Below, piece after piece: positions 20,774-29,780 of a DNA stretch of 64,000 bases. How positions within the stretch are numbered: position 1 is the first letter of the stretch; the number at the start of each line of letters is the position of its first letter. Position numbers and translations under genes: made by a program. The notes below the pieces were generated by a model, which saw only the letters and a program-made list of their open reading frames with translations, made no database searches and was not told the origin of the DNA. Source of the stretch: Candidatus Babeliales bacterium (GTDB taxonomy: Bacteria; Babelota; Babeliae; Babelales; JBFXEV01); contig JBFXEV010000001.1 of assembly GCA_050179755.1 (NCBI GenBank), positions 41,994-105,993 on the forward strand, read 5' to 3'.

Positions 20774-22234
20774 ATGAACAAATTTTGCTCTTTCATGTAC
20801 CTTATGCTTATATTTGCTTCACTAAACGCACACGAAAATAAACTACCCAGAGCGCGTTCAAAAGAACTGGCGTATGAACGCCACTTACTAAGTTCTTTTT
20901 GTTTTGACCAAACAATGGACCCAATTGTTTTTAAATATCTATTTTCAAATAATCTCCAGTATGCTCAAGATTTTGCAGATCGTCTTAATGCTATCATTAA
21001 AGTTTTTTTTAATCTCGTAAGCGCAGATATTTGTATGCGCACGCACGCATGCCTTATCTTTACCAAACTTCAGATTGAAGAACCCTATAATGGTACGCTG
21101 CAAAAAGTAATTAATGAACTTATCCCTCTCTATTTTGATTCCCATGGTTGCCTTGTGCATCTTGACGCACAAGACACAAAAACACGTAATTTTTGCATTG
21201 CACAGTTATTAAAAAATGGCATAGATAATGATACTTATAAAAAGCTTCTTCATATCTTTAATTTCAATGATGTGGCGTGCTATGAAGAAAAAACAAGCTC
21301 ATATATAAGTGAAAACCTCTATCATTTTGCTACAGGCGGCTGGCTGCCATCTATTACCTGGTACCCACATAACATTAAACAACGTATTGCTGAGCACGCG
21401 CACAATCGGCACATTGAAGAATTACTTACTTTATGCGTAGACACTGACTTTATTGTTGCTCATAGTTTTATTACTACGCATTCACACCCAGTATTACGCG
21501 AGCTTTTTACTGAAAGTTATAAAGACTATACGCAAAAATACTGTAATGCCTGCGGCATTATCAAAGAATATGAAGATGATCCTTATTGGGCATCGCTCTC
21601 ACCCGAAGATCAAGCGCACTATAGCAATGATTTAGAAAAAATTATGGCGCTAAATACGACATTAAAAAAGCGATCCGAACAAAAAAGGAAACTCCAAGAA
21701 AATTGGGCAATAGATGAACATGCACCTACCTATGTGCATGCAACGCTTTTTGAACTCCTTGAATTTCTTGAAACAACCAGTTATTGTATAGGCCATATAT
21801 TTGAAATCATGCAAAAATATTCCGCTGACGAACAGCAAGAATTGCAAAAAGCTCTCTTTCTCAAAAACGGGATCCTTAAACAATTTGCTCTTTTTAGCGA
21901 TTCTTCACGTTATTCTTTCCCGCAGCAACTTTTTTCTGAACCAGATATGCTTCTTGAAATAAATAAACTTTTCTATCTTCAGCATATGCATCAAAATTCA
22001 TATGAAGGTATTATTGCTCGTATTACCTTAGATCAACTGCATGCATTCTATGATCCGCAACTTAACAAAATGCCCAAATTGATTGATTATGATTTAGAGA
22101 CGATGCAAAATCCCAGCTTTTTTACACGCATGCAATCAAGAATAGAGAAAATTACAAATCGCATGCCATATTACACAACAACCTATACTTCGATTAAGAA
22201 GGCAATTGCATATATCATAAGTAATTTTTCTTAA
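20774..22234 (+). CDS. Secreted protein homologous to the central domain of the downstream toxin (no toxin domain)
   Basis: Signal peptide; colinear blocks RTHACLIF, ELIPxYFD, LKNGI, ATGxWLPSxTWYP and ALFLxNGILK shared with 22299..25130. Confidence 0.8.
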   Translation: MNKFCSFMYLMLIFASLNAHENKLPRARSKELAYERHLLSSFCFDQTMDPIVFKYLFSNNLQYAQDFADRLNAIIKVFFNLVSADICMRTHACLIFTKLQIEEPYNGTLQKVINELIPLYFDSHGCLVHLDAQDTKTRNFCIAQLLKNGIDNDTYKKLLHIFNFNDVACYEEKTSSYISENLYHFATGGWLPSITWYPHNIKQRIAEHAHNRHIEELLTLCVDTDFIVAHSFITTHSHPVLRELFTESYKDYTQKYCNACGIIKEYEDDPYWASLSPEDQAHYSNDLEKIMALNTTLKKRSEQKRKLQENWAIDEHAPTYVHATLFELLEFLETTSYCIGHIFEIMQKYSADEQQELQKALFLKNGILKQFALFSDSSRYSFPQQLFSEPDMLLEINKLFYLQHMHQNSYEGIIARITLDQLHAFYDPQLNKMPKLIDYDLETMQNPSFFTRMQSRIEKITNRMPYYTTTYTSIKKAIAYIISNFS

Positions 22235-22298
22235 CCATTGCTTAAATAAGAAAACTATAGTACAAATAGTAGGTCGGTATGTACATCACAGGAGCCAT

Positions 22299-25130
22299 AT
22301 GCTACAAAGACCTCGATTACGAAAATTAGCTTTATGTTTATTGATATTAATTCTATTCGATGAAATAGTTATACAAAAATGTAAACCAATTGCTCCTGCT
22401 GTGGCGTTAGCACCAATAGCCTATGAAACAATCTTACTCAGTGCTGCTGCAGCAACTTCAATTTATAGTGCATACTTGTTAACACAAATTTCAGACCCTG
22501 TCTTGCGCACTCATAGTCAAACATTGCCAACTATAGCTCAAGAACTAAAAGAAATTTTCCCAAGCACACCTTCTCATGTCCCTCACTCGCCAGATTTTAT
22601 CGCACAGGCTTTAGAAGAATCTGTTGGTCAGGCTTCCTATAAAAAAGCTTATAAAAGCCAATTCACTAAAATCCAAGAGCAATCTTTAATAAACACAATC
22701 AATACAAATATAGTCCATCCTGCTATCGCACGTAATAAGCATATTAACTCAATACCTTCACAACAATTAAGTACAACGCCACTTACACCCTCATTACCAA
22801 GTTCACCAATACAATTTACCTATCAACCAAATGCAATCCATTTTGAAGTCCCACATATCAATACATATGGATCAATAGCGGTAACTGAGGAAAGACCACT
22901 ATCCTCAGTTCGTCAACAAATCATTAACAATTGCCATGAACATGCACTAGATGAATTTCTTTTCAATGAACGGTGCAAACATATTCCAGGTTATCTGGCT
23001 AATTTTACCGAGCAGCTTAACGAGATCATCTTAGTTTTTCATGATTTAGTAAGTGAGGATATCTATAAACGCACACATGCTTGCCTTATTTTTCCTCATA
23101 TAAGTATTGAAGGGCCATTTAACTATACGCTGCAAAATGTAATTCATGAGCTCATTCCCTTCTACTTTGACACTGAAGGAAAATTGGAAAGGCTGTTTCC
23201 GCATAACAAAGTAACTCATGATTTTATTATCGCAAAATTTCTTAAAAATGGTATCAATAGATCCACGTACCTACAACTTCTTAAAACCTTCAATTTTAAG
23301 GAAGTCCTTGAACATGAAGAAAACCTCGGGTCTTATCTTTGGAATGGGGTCAAACATACGGCAACTGGGGCTTGGTTGCCAAGCCTCACTTGGTATCCTC
23401 GCGATATTAAAAAATTAATCAGCCACAACAACTTTAATCATGGGCTTGAACAAATTTTAACGCTCTGTAGTAAAAATAAATTTGTAGAAGCACAAAATAT
23501 TGTTAACTCCGCGGGGCTTGAAGTTCTTGCGTGGCAAGAACTCTACCAACAATGTTATCATGCATTCAAAAGTAAATACTGTGATAGTTATGGCATATTA
23601 ATCGAGTATCTAAGCGATCCTCTCTGGGCGAATGCCACTAACGAAGCTAAAGCTGAACTTGCAAGAAACATAATGGATGTCACTACCTTTAATAATGCGC
23701 TTGCAGTTCGCTCAATTCAAAAAAAGTCTATAGAAAAGTCTTGGGGCATAGCATCAGACGCACCTACGTGTGTGCATAACGCGGTCTATTGTCTTATAGA
23801 CCTTCTAGGAACAGGTACCGAATTTATTGATAAAGTTCATGAATTAATCGCACAAGAAGATAAATTTAAACGAGATGCATTAATTGAAGCGCTTTTTTTA
23901 CCAAACGGTATCTTAAAAGATTTTAGCCATTTTTCTGCAATTGATACGTATCATTTTCCAAAAGATATTCTTACTCAACCAAAATTGCTAAAGAAAATAA
24001 ATACGTTATTTTATCAGCAACATATATTTGCTGGAAGTGAGCAGGGAACTAATGCTGCTATTAAATTAAATACACTTCAAGCGATATATGATACTAGATT
24101 CTCAAGTAACATTCCACAAGCAAAAACTAGCGAATACTGGCCATTTGACCAAGAGAATACAAACTTTAAGGAACAAATACTCAAACGAGCCCTTGCAGTG
24201 AGTCACTACCTTGCTGATTATTCTAATACAATGTATAAATCAGTGCGCAATGCTATTCTGGATATTGCACCCTCTTTATTCCTTGCAAATGAAAATACTG
24301 AACCAACGCCACAGAATGAGCCGCCGCCTGGCGAACAAGTTCCTTTTGAGGAAGATGCACCAACGCCTGAAACAAAGCCAGATTCAGAAGAAGAGGTAAT
24401 TGCTCCAGAAGTAGTTTTTGAACCAACTAAGCCAAGTAAATCGACCCCTTCAAGCTCTGGAAGTAATTTATTAGATCCAAGCAATGGAACTCCACCTCTT
24501 GAAAATGAACCCTCAATATATTATATTCCACGTGAACTACCTAATGATCCTGAGGATTGGGCCAAAGAGAAGAATGGAATAAAACCTTGGGTTCCACCTT
24601 CAAGTAATTGGAAGTCTGAACAAGCAAAGGCTTATTTGCAATTTCTTGGGCAAGGATTTTTGCGCACGGGCTTGGCAGCAATGGGTATTCCCTTTGAAGA
24701 CTTTGAATACGCTTTAGAAATATTTAAAAATATTCCTGGTTTCTTATCCAACAATAGTGCATTCCAACAAATCATACGCTATTGCTATAGACAGCCAATT
24801 AAAAACTGGCATCAAATTAAAGGTTTTATTTATGAAATTCAGACGGCATTACGGGTTGACACAAATCGAGAGCAAATAATTGAGTTTGGTAGAAAAGTGC
24901 CAAGCGGGGAAATTGATATTATTACAACGACACGTTTTATTGAATGTAAAAATATTAAATGGGAAAATAATATTGACGCAATTAATGATTGTAAGAATAC
25001 TATTGGAAAACAAATAAAACATATTCATGAAGAATTAGGCAAAAGGCTTACAGTCTTTTCAAAAGAACCGCTACCACAAGAATTAAAAAATTGGTTTATT
25101 AAAAAAAATATAGAATATTTCGAGGGTTAA
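22299..25130 (+). CDS. Putative polymorphic toxin: signal/TM, carrier domain, Pro/Glu linker, C-terminal restriction-endonuclease-fold nuclease
   Basis: C-terminal KGFIYE...GEIDII...FIECKNIKW fits the PD-(D/E)xK pattern, and a small gene abuts the stop codon. Confidence 0.7.
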   Translation: MLQRPRLRKLALCLLILILFDEIVIQKCKPIAPAVALAPIAYETILLSAAAATSIYSAYLLTQISDPVLRTHSQTLPTIAQELKEIFPSTPSHVPHSPDFIAQALEESVGQASYKKAYKSQFTKIQEQSLINTINTNIVHPAIARNKHINSIPSQQLSTTPLTPSLPSSPIQFTYQPNAIHFEVPHINTYGSIAVTEERPLSSVRQQIINNCHEHALDEFLFNERCKHIPGYLANFTEQLNEIILVFHDLVSEDIYKRTHACLIFPHISIEGPFNYTLQNVIHELIPFYFDTEGKLERLFPHNKVTHDFIIAKFLKNGINRSTYLQLLKTFNFKEVLEHEENLGSYLWNGVKHTATGAWLPSLTWYPRDIKKLISHNNFNHGLEQILTLCSKNKFVEAQNIVNSAGLEVLAWQELYQQCYHAFKSKYCDSYGILIEYLSDPLWANATNEAKAELARNIMDVTTFNNALAVRSIQKKSIEKSWGIASDAPTCVHNAVYCLIDLLGTGTEFIDKVHELIAQEDKFKRDALIEALFLPNGILKDFSHFSAIDTYHFPKDILTQPKLLKKINTLFYQQHIFAGSEQGTNAAIKLNTLQAIYDTRFSSNIPQAKTSEYWPFDQENTNFKEQILKRALAVSHYLADYSNTMYKSVRNAILDIAPSLFLANENTEPTPQNEPPPGEQVPFEEDAPTPETKPDSEEEVIAPEVVFEPTKPSKSTPSSSGSNLLDPSNGTPPLENEPSIYYIPRELPNDPEDWAKEKNGIKPWVPPSSNWKSEQAKAYLQFLGQGFLRTGLAAMGIPFEDFEYALEIFKNIPGFLSNNSAFQQIIRYCYRQPIKNWHQIKGFIYEIQTALRVDTNREQIIEFGRKVPSGEIDIITTTRFIECKNIKWENNIDAINDCKNTIGKQIKHIHEELGKRLTVFSKEPLPQELKNWFIKKNIEYFEG

Positions 25131-25556
25131 ATGGGAATCATGCATAGCGTGAAAATTAAAGTTCATGCCTTCTTTCAAGAAAACTCAATTGAATTAATAC
25201 TACAGCAAGCCGTAGACGCTCGGTATAAACTGTATATTGCAGAAGATTATGAATATTTCAAGCCTGAAAAAAATTCAATAATTTCGCCTCGAACTGCTAC
25301 AAAAACAATTTTCAAAATATATCAGGAAACTAACTATGGTGGCCCGATTATTGCAAAACTTGATGAAACGGAAGTTCTTTTATCTTTTAATTTCGAAAAT
25401 CCATACCTTATAGTTAAAATAACACTTTTTTCAAATGACTGGGAAAAGGAATTCCCAAATGGCGAAAGTCAAAAAGATTTTGCCCGTTACATTTCCTTTT
25501 TGCTCAAAATCACACAGGATTTCCCAATAAGCAATTTGGAAATTAAATACCTTTAA
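25131..25556 (+). CDS. Putative cognate immunity protein (paralogue 1)
   Basis: Starts immediately after the toxin stop; 141 aa; family motif NGESQKDFARYISxLLxITQDFP. Confidence 0.7.
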   Translation: MGIMHSVKIKVHAFFQENSIELILQQAVDARYKLYIAEDYEYFKPEKNSIISPRTATKTIFKIYQETNYGGPIIAKLDETEVLLSFNFENPYLIVKITLFSNDWEKEFPNGESQKDFARYISFLLKITQDFPISNLEIKYL

Positions 25557-25579
25557 GCTTAATTATATTTGAGGGCTAA

Positions 25580-26005
25580 ATGGGAATCATGCACACAATT
25601 AAGATAGTCCTTAAAGATTACCTAAAAGAAGAATCTGTTGAATCAATATTAAAGAGAGCAATTGAAGCTAATTGCGGTATATATATATCAGAAGATTACA
25701 TATTTTTTGAAGATGAAAAAAATCATGCTATTTCTGCTGATATAGCCACTAAAAAAATTTTTAAAACAAACCACGAAACGGATGATGTTAAAGGGATTAT
25801 TATTAAAATTAACAATACAGAAATTGCTTTATCATTTAATCATGATGATTCAAATCTTGTTGCGTATTTAACTCCATTAGTATCCCGCTCAGAAAGAGAT
25901 TTTCTCAATGGCGAATCTCAAAAAGATTTTGCCCGCTATATTTCTTTGTTGCTGACTATCACTCAAGATTTTCCATTAATAGATATAGAAATACTGTACC
26001 AATAA
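25580..26005 (+). CDS. Putative immunity paralogue 2
   Basis: MGIMH start and NGESQKDFARYISLLLTITQDFP. Confidence 0.7.
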   Translation: MGIMHTIKIVLKDYLKEESVESILKRAIEANCGIYISEDYIFFEDEKNHAISADIATKKIFKTNHETDDVKGIIIKINNTEIALSFNHDDSNLVAYLTPLVSRSERDFLNGESQKDFARYISLLLTITQDFPLIDIEILYQ

Positions 26006-26059
26006 ATTAATTTATAATGTTTAAAACTTAAAACATAATACTTACTAAATAGAAACACT

Positions 26060-26464
26060 ATGGAAAAAATACCTACTGCTAGAATCATCCTTAATGATTA
26101 CTTAGTAAAAGAATCAGTTGAATTAATATTAAAAAGAGCACTAGAAGATCACTGTACATTATATATCTTAGAAGAACAGAATAACCACCTTGCTTCTGCA
26201 CAAATAGCAACTCAGTTTATTTTTAAAATGCACAACGAAACTAATCAAGGAGGCACAATCATTGTAAAAGTTGAAAATACCACGATGCTATTATCCTTTA
26301 AATCTAATTTACCAGATCTGCTAGTCGATATAACACCCCTTTCTAATCATTGGAAAAAAACATTCTTGAATGGCGAATATCAAATTGACCTTGCACGATA
26401 TCTTTCGTTGCTATTATTAATTACTCAAGATTTTCCCATTATTAATATAGAAATTTTACACTAA
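26060..26464 (+). CDS. Putative immunity paralogue 3
   Basis: DYLVKESVELILKRA and NGEYQIDLARYLSLLLLITQDFP. Confidence 0.7.
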   Translation: MEKIPTARIILNDYLVKESVELILKRALEDHCTLYILEEQNNHLASAQIATQFIFKMHNETNQGGTIIVKVENTTMLLSFKSNLPDLLVDITPLSNHWKKTFLNGEYQIDLARYLSLLLLITQDFPIINIEILH

Positions 26465-26514
26465 CCCCAACCTTCGGATGATATTAAAATGAGCAAGCTA
26501 CTTATGAGGGCTAA

Positions 26515-26927
26515 ATGGGCTTAGATCGCATAATCAAATTAACATTCACAGAACCATTAGAAAAAAATCACATTAGAAGTATTGTTACAAAACCATAGAC
26601 TTAGGTTCTGTATTTTATAATTATCCAGAAGAAGAATTTGCATGTAATCTTCTTTCTACAACGGATATTGTAGAACACTTCTATCAAAAAAATAACAACG
26701 GGGACTTTGGTGGAGGCCTTTTTGTGTATATTGATTCTAGTTATTTTATGCTCTCCATATATCAACAAAAAAACAAAAAAGCTACATTGAGTATATTCCT
26801 TGAAGTAGATTATTGGGAACATCCCCAATTTGAGTATGATTGTGACTACGAAAGATATATTAGATTTTTACTTAAAATTATTCAGCAAGTGCCATTGCAC
26901 ACTATCTCAATTGAATTCGAAATGTAA
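26515..26927 (+). pseudogene. Putative immunity paralogue 4, single frameshift
   Basis: ATG at 26515 gives MGLDRIIKL...RSIVTK. One extra A in the run at 26589-26592 joins it to TIDLGSVFY...DYERYIRFLLKIIQQVP, ending at 26927. Confidence 0.65.
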
Positions 26928-26931
26928 TAAG

Positions 26932-27408
26932 ATGCATAATATACCATTAATACAAATACAATTAGCATGTAGCTTCAGTGAAGAATATATTACACTTATT
27001 TTAAAACGTCTTCATAACGTAAATTGCTTCTTTTTTCATCTTTCTGAGAAAGAGAAAAGCCCTGAAATAAGAAATAAAATTTCATTAGAAACTGCTGCAG
27101 AATATCTCAGTAATCCATTAAACCGGGAGCCCAATATCCTGGGTATTTTAGTAAATATCAAAACTTATTATTTTGTACTTACTATTTATAGCAATGATTC
27201 ATTAGCAAGCGCTTTATGCTTAGGCATTTCACCTTTGGAAGCAACTACAGACATTAGTCCTTGGGTTTTATCATTATTAAATATTGTTCAGGGCGCGCCT
27301 ATTGAATCTATAAGCACCATCAATAAGGGATCGTCATCTTATTGGGAGTATGGTCGAATTGCTGAATCCAAAAGATTACGCGAAGAAGAAACAAACAAAT
27401 CTTCTTGA
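26932..27408 (+). CDS. Putative immunity paralogue 5 (most diverged)
   Basis: MHNIPLIQI..EEYITLILKR..NC aligns with paralogue 3 (MEKIPTARI..ESVELILKR..HC). DISPWVLSLLNIVQGAP matches DFARYISLLxITQDFP. Confidence 0.55.
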   Translation: MHNIPLIQIQLACSFSEEYITLILKRLHNVNCFFFHLSEKEKSPEIRNKISLETAAEYLSNPLNREPNILGILVNIKTYYFVLTIYSNDSLASALCLGISPLEATTDISPWVLSLLNIVQGAPIESISTINKGSSSYWEYGRIAESKRLREEETNKSS

Positions 27409-27439
27409 TAGATGCAATAAGTCACTATACGCTATATGC

Positions 27440-27892
27440 ATGGCTACATCACTCAAAGACTTATTACAAAATATAGTCCCACATCAAACTTCATGGAAAA
27501 CTGAGCTACAACAAAACTGGCACCATATTGTGGGCCATTTGGCCACTCATGTACAATTACTCAAAGTATATGAGAACGCATTACTCCTTGGTGTAAAAGA
27601 TTCAAGTTGGTTGCAAGAGATGTACCTGTTGTCCCCGCTTTTAATTGAGACAATTAATAAAAGTCTTGATAAACCCTACATTAATAAGCTACATTTTAAG
27701 AATGTAGGGGATGGTGAACAAACACAACAGACACGGGCTCCCCAGCCTAAAGAGAAAAAACCGCTGCCACCACAACTCATAAAAAAACATGTAACAAAGT
27801 TCCAGCAAGAAACGCTCGAACGAGTTGAGGATCCGGAATTACGTGAATCTCTTAAACAACTGTTGCTTACTTGCCGCGAGGAGCCAGAATGA
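27440..27892 (+). CDS. dciA: DciA/DUF721 family protein
   Basis: W..IVG.LA.H, LLLGVKDSSWLQEMYL and I..IN pattern typical of DUF721. Confidence 0.7.
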   Translation: MATSLKDLLQNIVPHQTSWKTELQQNWHHIVGHLATHVQLLKVYENALLLGVKDSSWLQEMYLLSPLLIETINKSLDKPYINKLHFKNVGDGEQTQQTRAPQPKEKKPLPPQLIKKHVTKFQQETLERVEDPELRESLKQLLLTCREEPE

Positions 27893-28680
27893 AGCGAGTA
27901 TATATACTTCTACTTGCAGGGGAATTTGCAGCCTATGCTAACCCAGAAGCACTAACTCCTGCAGACATAAAAAAAGAAGCCGATGAAGTAAATCATTATC
28001 ATTGGTCATTATGGGGCAACTATCAATATAGGCAAGGCAACATTAAACAAGCTGCCAATTGGTATTCTAAAATACTTGGCGATAATCCCACGCCCTATGC
28101 ACTGCATGGCTATGTAACAGCACTCTATAAATCTCATAATTATCCTGCCATATTAAACGTATTACCTGCTCTTGATGAACAATTTGCAAATGATCGTGAC
28201 ATGCAATTAATTTTTGCGCAAGCACTCCTTTATACCAAAAACTTTAAAGACGCTCACGCCAAATTTTCAAGCATATATGAAAAAAATAAAACACATGCAG
28301 AATCTGCATATTTTGCAGCAGAATCGTATTCACGACTTCAAGAATATACCAAAGCAATGGATGTTATTGATACGTATTTAAAACATTCAACCCAACAGCA
28401 CACTGACTTTCTATTTTATTTTTTAAAAGCACAAATATTTGCCGTGCAACATTATCTTGAAAAAGCACGTGAATTTGCTCTCAAAACATTGGAAATGAAT
28501 CCACGCTTTGAGCAAGCGGCAGTGTTTTTGCAACTTCTTGATAATATAGAGCGTGAAATACTCAAAAGTGGGGCAAAGAATATGACCCAATCTGCCTTGC
28601 GTAAATTTATACCGCAAGTGCAAAAACAATCAAATAATTTTTATCAAACAGAAAAAACGATATACTTTAGTAGATTATAA
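27889..28680 (+). CDS. Tetratricopeptide repeat protein
   Basis: Helical TPR-like repeats (ALKTLEMNP) and an N-terminal signal. Confidence 0.7.
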   Translation: MKRVYILLLAGEFAAYANPEALTPADIKKEADEVNHYHWSLWGNYQYRQGNIKQAANWYSKILGDNPTPYALHGYVTALYKSHNYPAILNVLPALDEQFANDRDMQLIFAQALLYTKNFKDAHAKFSSIYEKNKTHAESAYFAAESYSRLQEYTKAMDVIDTYLKHSTQQHTDFLFYFLKAQIFAVQHYLEKAREFALKTLEMNPRFEQAAVFLQLLDNIEREILKSGAKNMTQSALRKFIPQVQKQSNNFYQTEKTIYFSRL

Positions 28681-28689
28681 CCCCACTCT

Positions 28690-28727
28690 CCCTGAGTGTT
28701 TTTTCGTAGAAAAAATGTATCGAAGGG
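28690..28727. repeat. Palindromic REP-like element (CCTGAG...TCGAAGG family)
   Basis: CCCTGAGTGTTTTTTCGTAGAAAAAATGTATCGAAGGG; shares arms with copies at 34206, 34471, 56967 and 57144. Confidence 0.65.
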
Positions 28728-28748
28728 TTGTAGTATAAAAGAACTCTT

Positions 28749-29768
28749 ATGATAAACACCTATTGCTTTGTAGCTGCCAAATCTGCAGGCCACATTTTAC
28801 CCGCTCTTGCTCTTGCAAGACAGACCAAACAGGCTAACCCAAACGCTGAAATAATTTTTATTTCTACAAACACTCTGCTTGATCAGAAATTATTAAACCG
28901 TAATCAAGATATTACGAGGCATATCCCTTTTATGCTCCCTAATATCCCGTATTACAAACCTTGGCGTTTACCAATATTTTTGTGGCAACTAATAAAATGC
29001 ACATATCAAAATTATATGTTACTCAAAAGTATACGCCCTAAATCCATTGTTTCCACCGGTGGCCTTATTGCATTACCAACCTGTCTTGCAGGTTGGTGGC
29101 TCAATATTCCCATTGATTTATATGAGCTTAATGCTGAACCTGGCATGGCAATTAATTGGCTTTCAAAACTTGCAACTCATGTATATTATTGTTTTGACGA
29201 AACGGCACATGCGCTGCCAGCTAAAAAAAGACGCAAAGCACATTACCCGCTCTATATTTCATTAAATACTGCGGCAAAATCATATGCCGATCTTAATTTT
29301 GATAAGAATAAAAAAACTATTTTTCTTTTAGGTGGTTCACAAGGATCCGAAAAACTTAATCAAGCCCTCAAAAATATACTTTCACATAATAAACAACTTG
29401 CAGGATCCGTAAATATAATACACCAAATTGGTGGGCATGAAACTAACCTTGAAACTTGGCGTTCATGGTATAAAGAACATCATATTCCGGCGTATCTATT
29501 TACCTATGAACCAACATGTGTACCATATTATAAATTAGCTGATGTGGTCATTTGTAGATCCGGTGCAGGAACGCTTTTTGAACTTGAAGCACTCCAAAAG
29601 CAGTATATCACTATTCCGCTTGAAACCAAATCAACGCAGCACCAAGTGACAAATGCTGTGGCAATGGAACGCAAGTACCCAAAACTTGTAAAAGTAGTGC
29701 GCCAAAAAGATAATACTCACCATGCTGCCCTTGCGAAAGAAATACAGGCAATATTAGAATCACTATAA
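28749..29768 (+). CDS. murG: UDP-GlcNAc:lipid I GlcNAc transferase
   Basis: SAGHILPALA, STGG, ELNAEPG, GGSQGS, RSGAGT and HQVTNA. Confidence 0.88.
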   Translation: MINTYCFVAAKSAGHILPALALARQTKQANPNAEIIFISTNTLLDQKLLNRNQDITRHIPFMLPNIPYYKPWRLPIFLWQLIKCTYQNYMLLKSIRPKSIVSTGGLIALPTCLAGWWLNIPIDLYELNAEPGMAINWLSKLATHVYYCFDETAHALPAKKRRKAHYPLYISLNTAAKSYADLNFDKNKKTIFLLGGSQGSEKLNQALKNILSHNKQLAGSVNIIHQIGGHETNLETWRSWYKEHHIPAYLFTYEPTCVPYYKLADVVICRSGAGTLFELEALQKQYITIPLETKSTQHQVTNAVAMERKYPKLVKVVRQKDNTHHAALAKEIQAILESL

Positions 29769-29780
29769 AAAAGAGAAGCT

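Noticed and set aside
26830..26931. TTG start for the 192-aa ORF
   Set aside because: It overlaps paralogue 4; ATG 26932 aligns with the family N-terminus.
27350..27439. Upstream start for dciA
   Set aside because: It overlaps the preceding gene; ATG 27440 gives a typical length.
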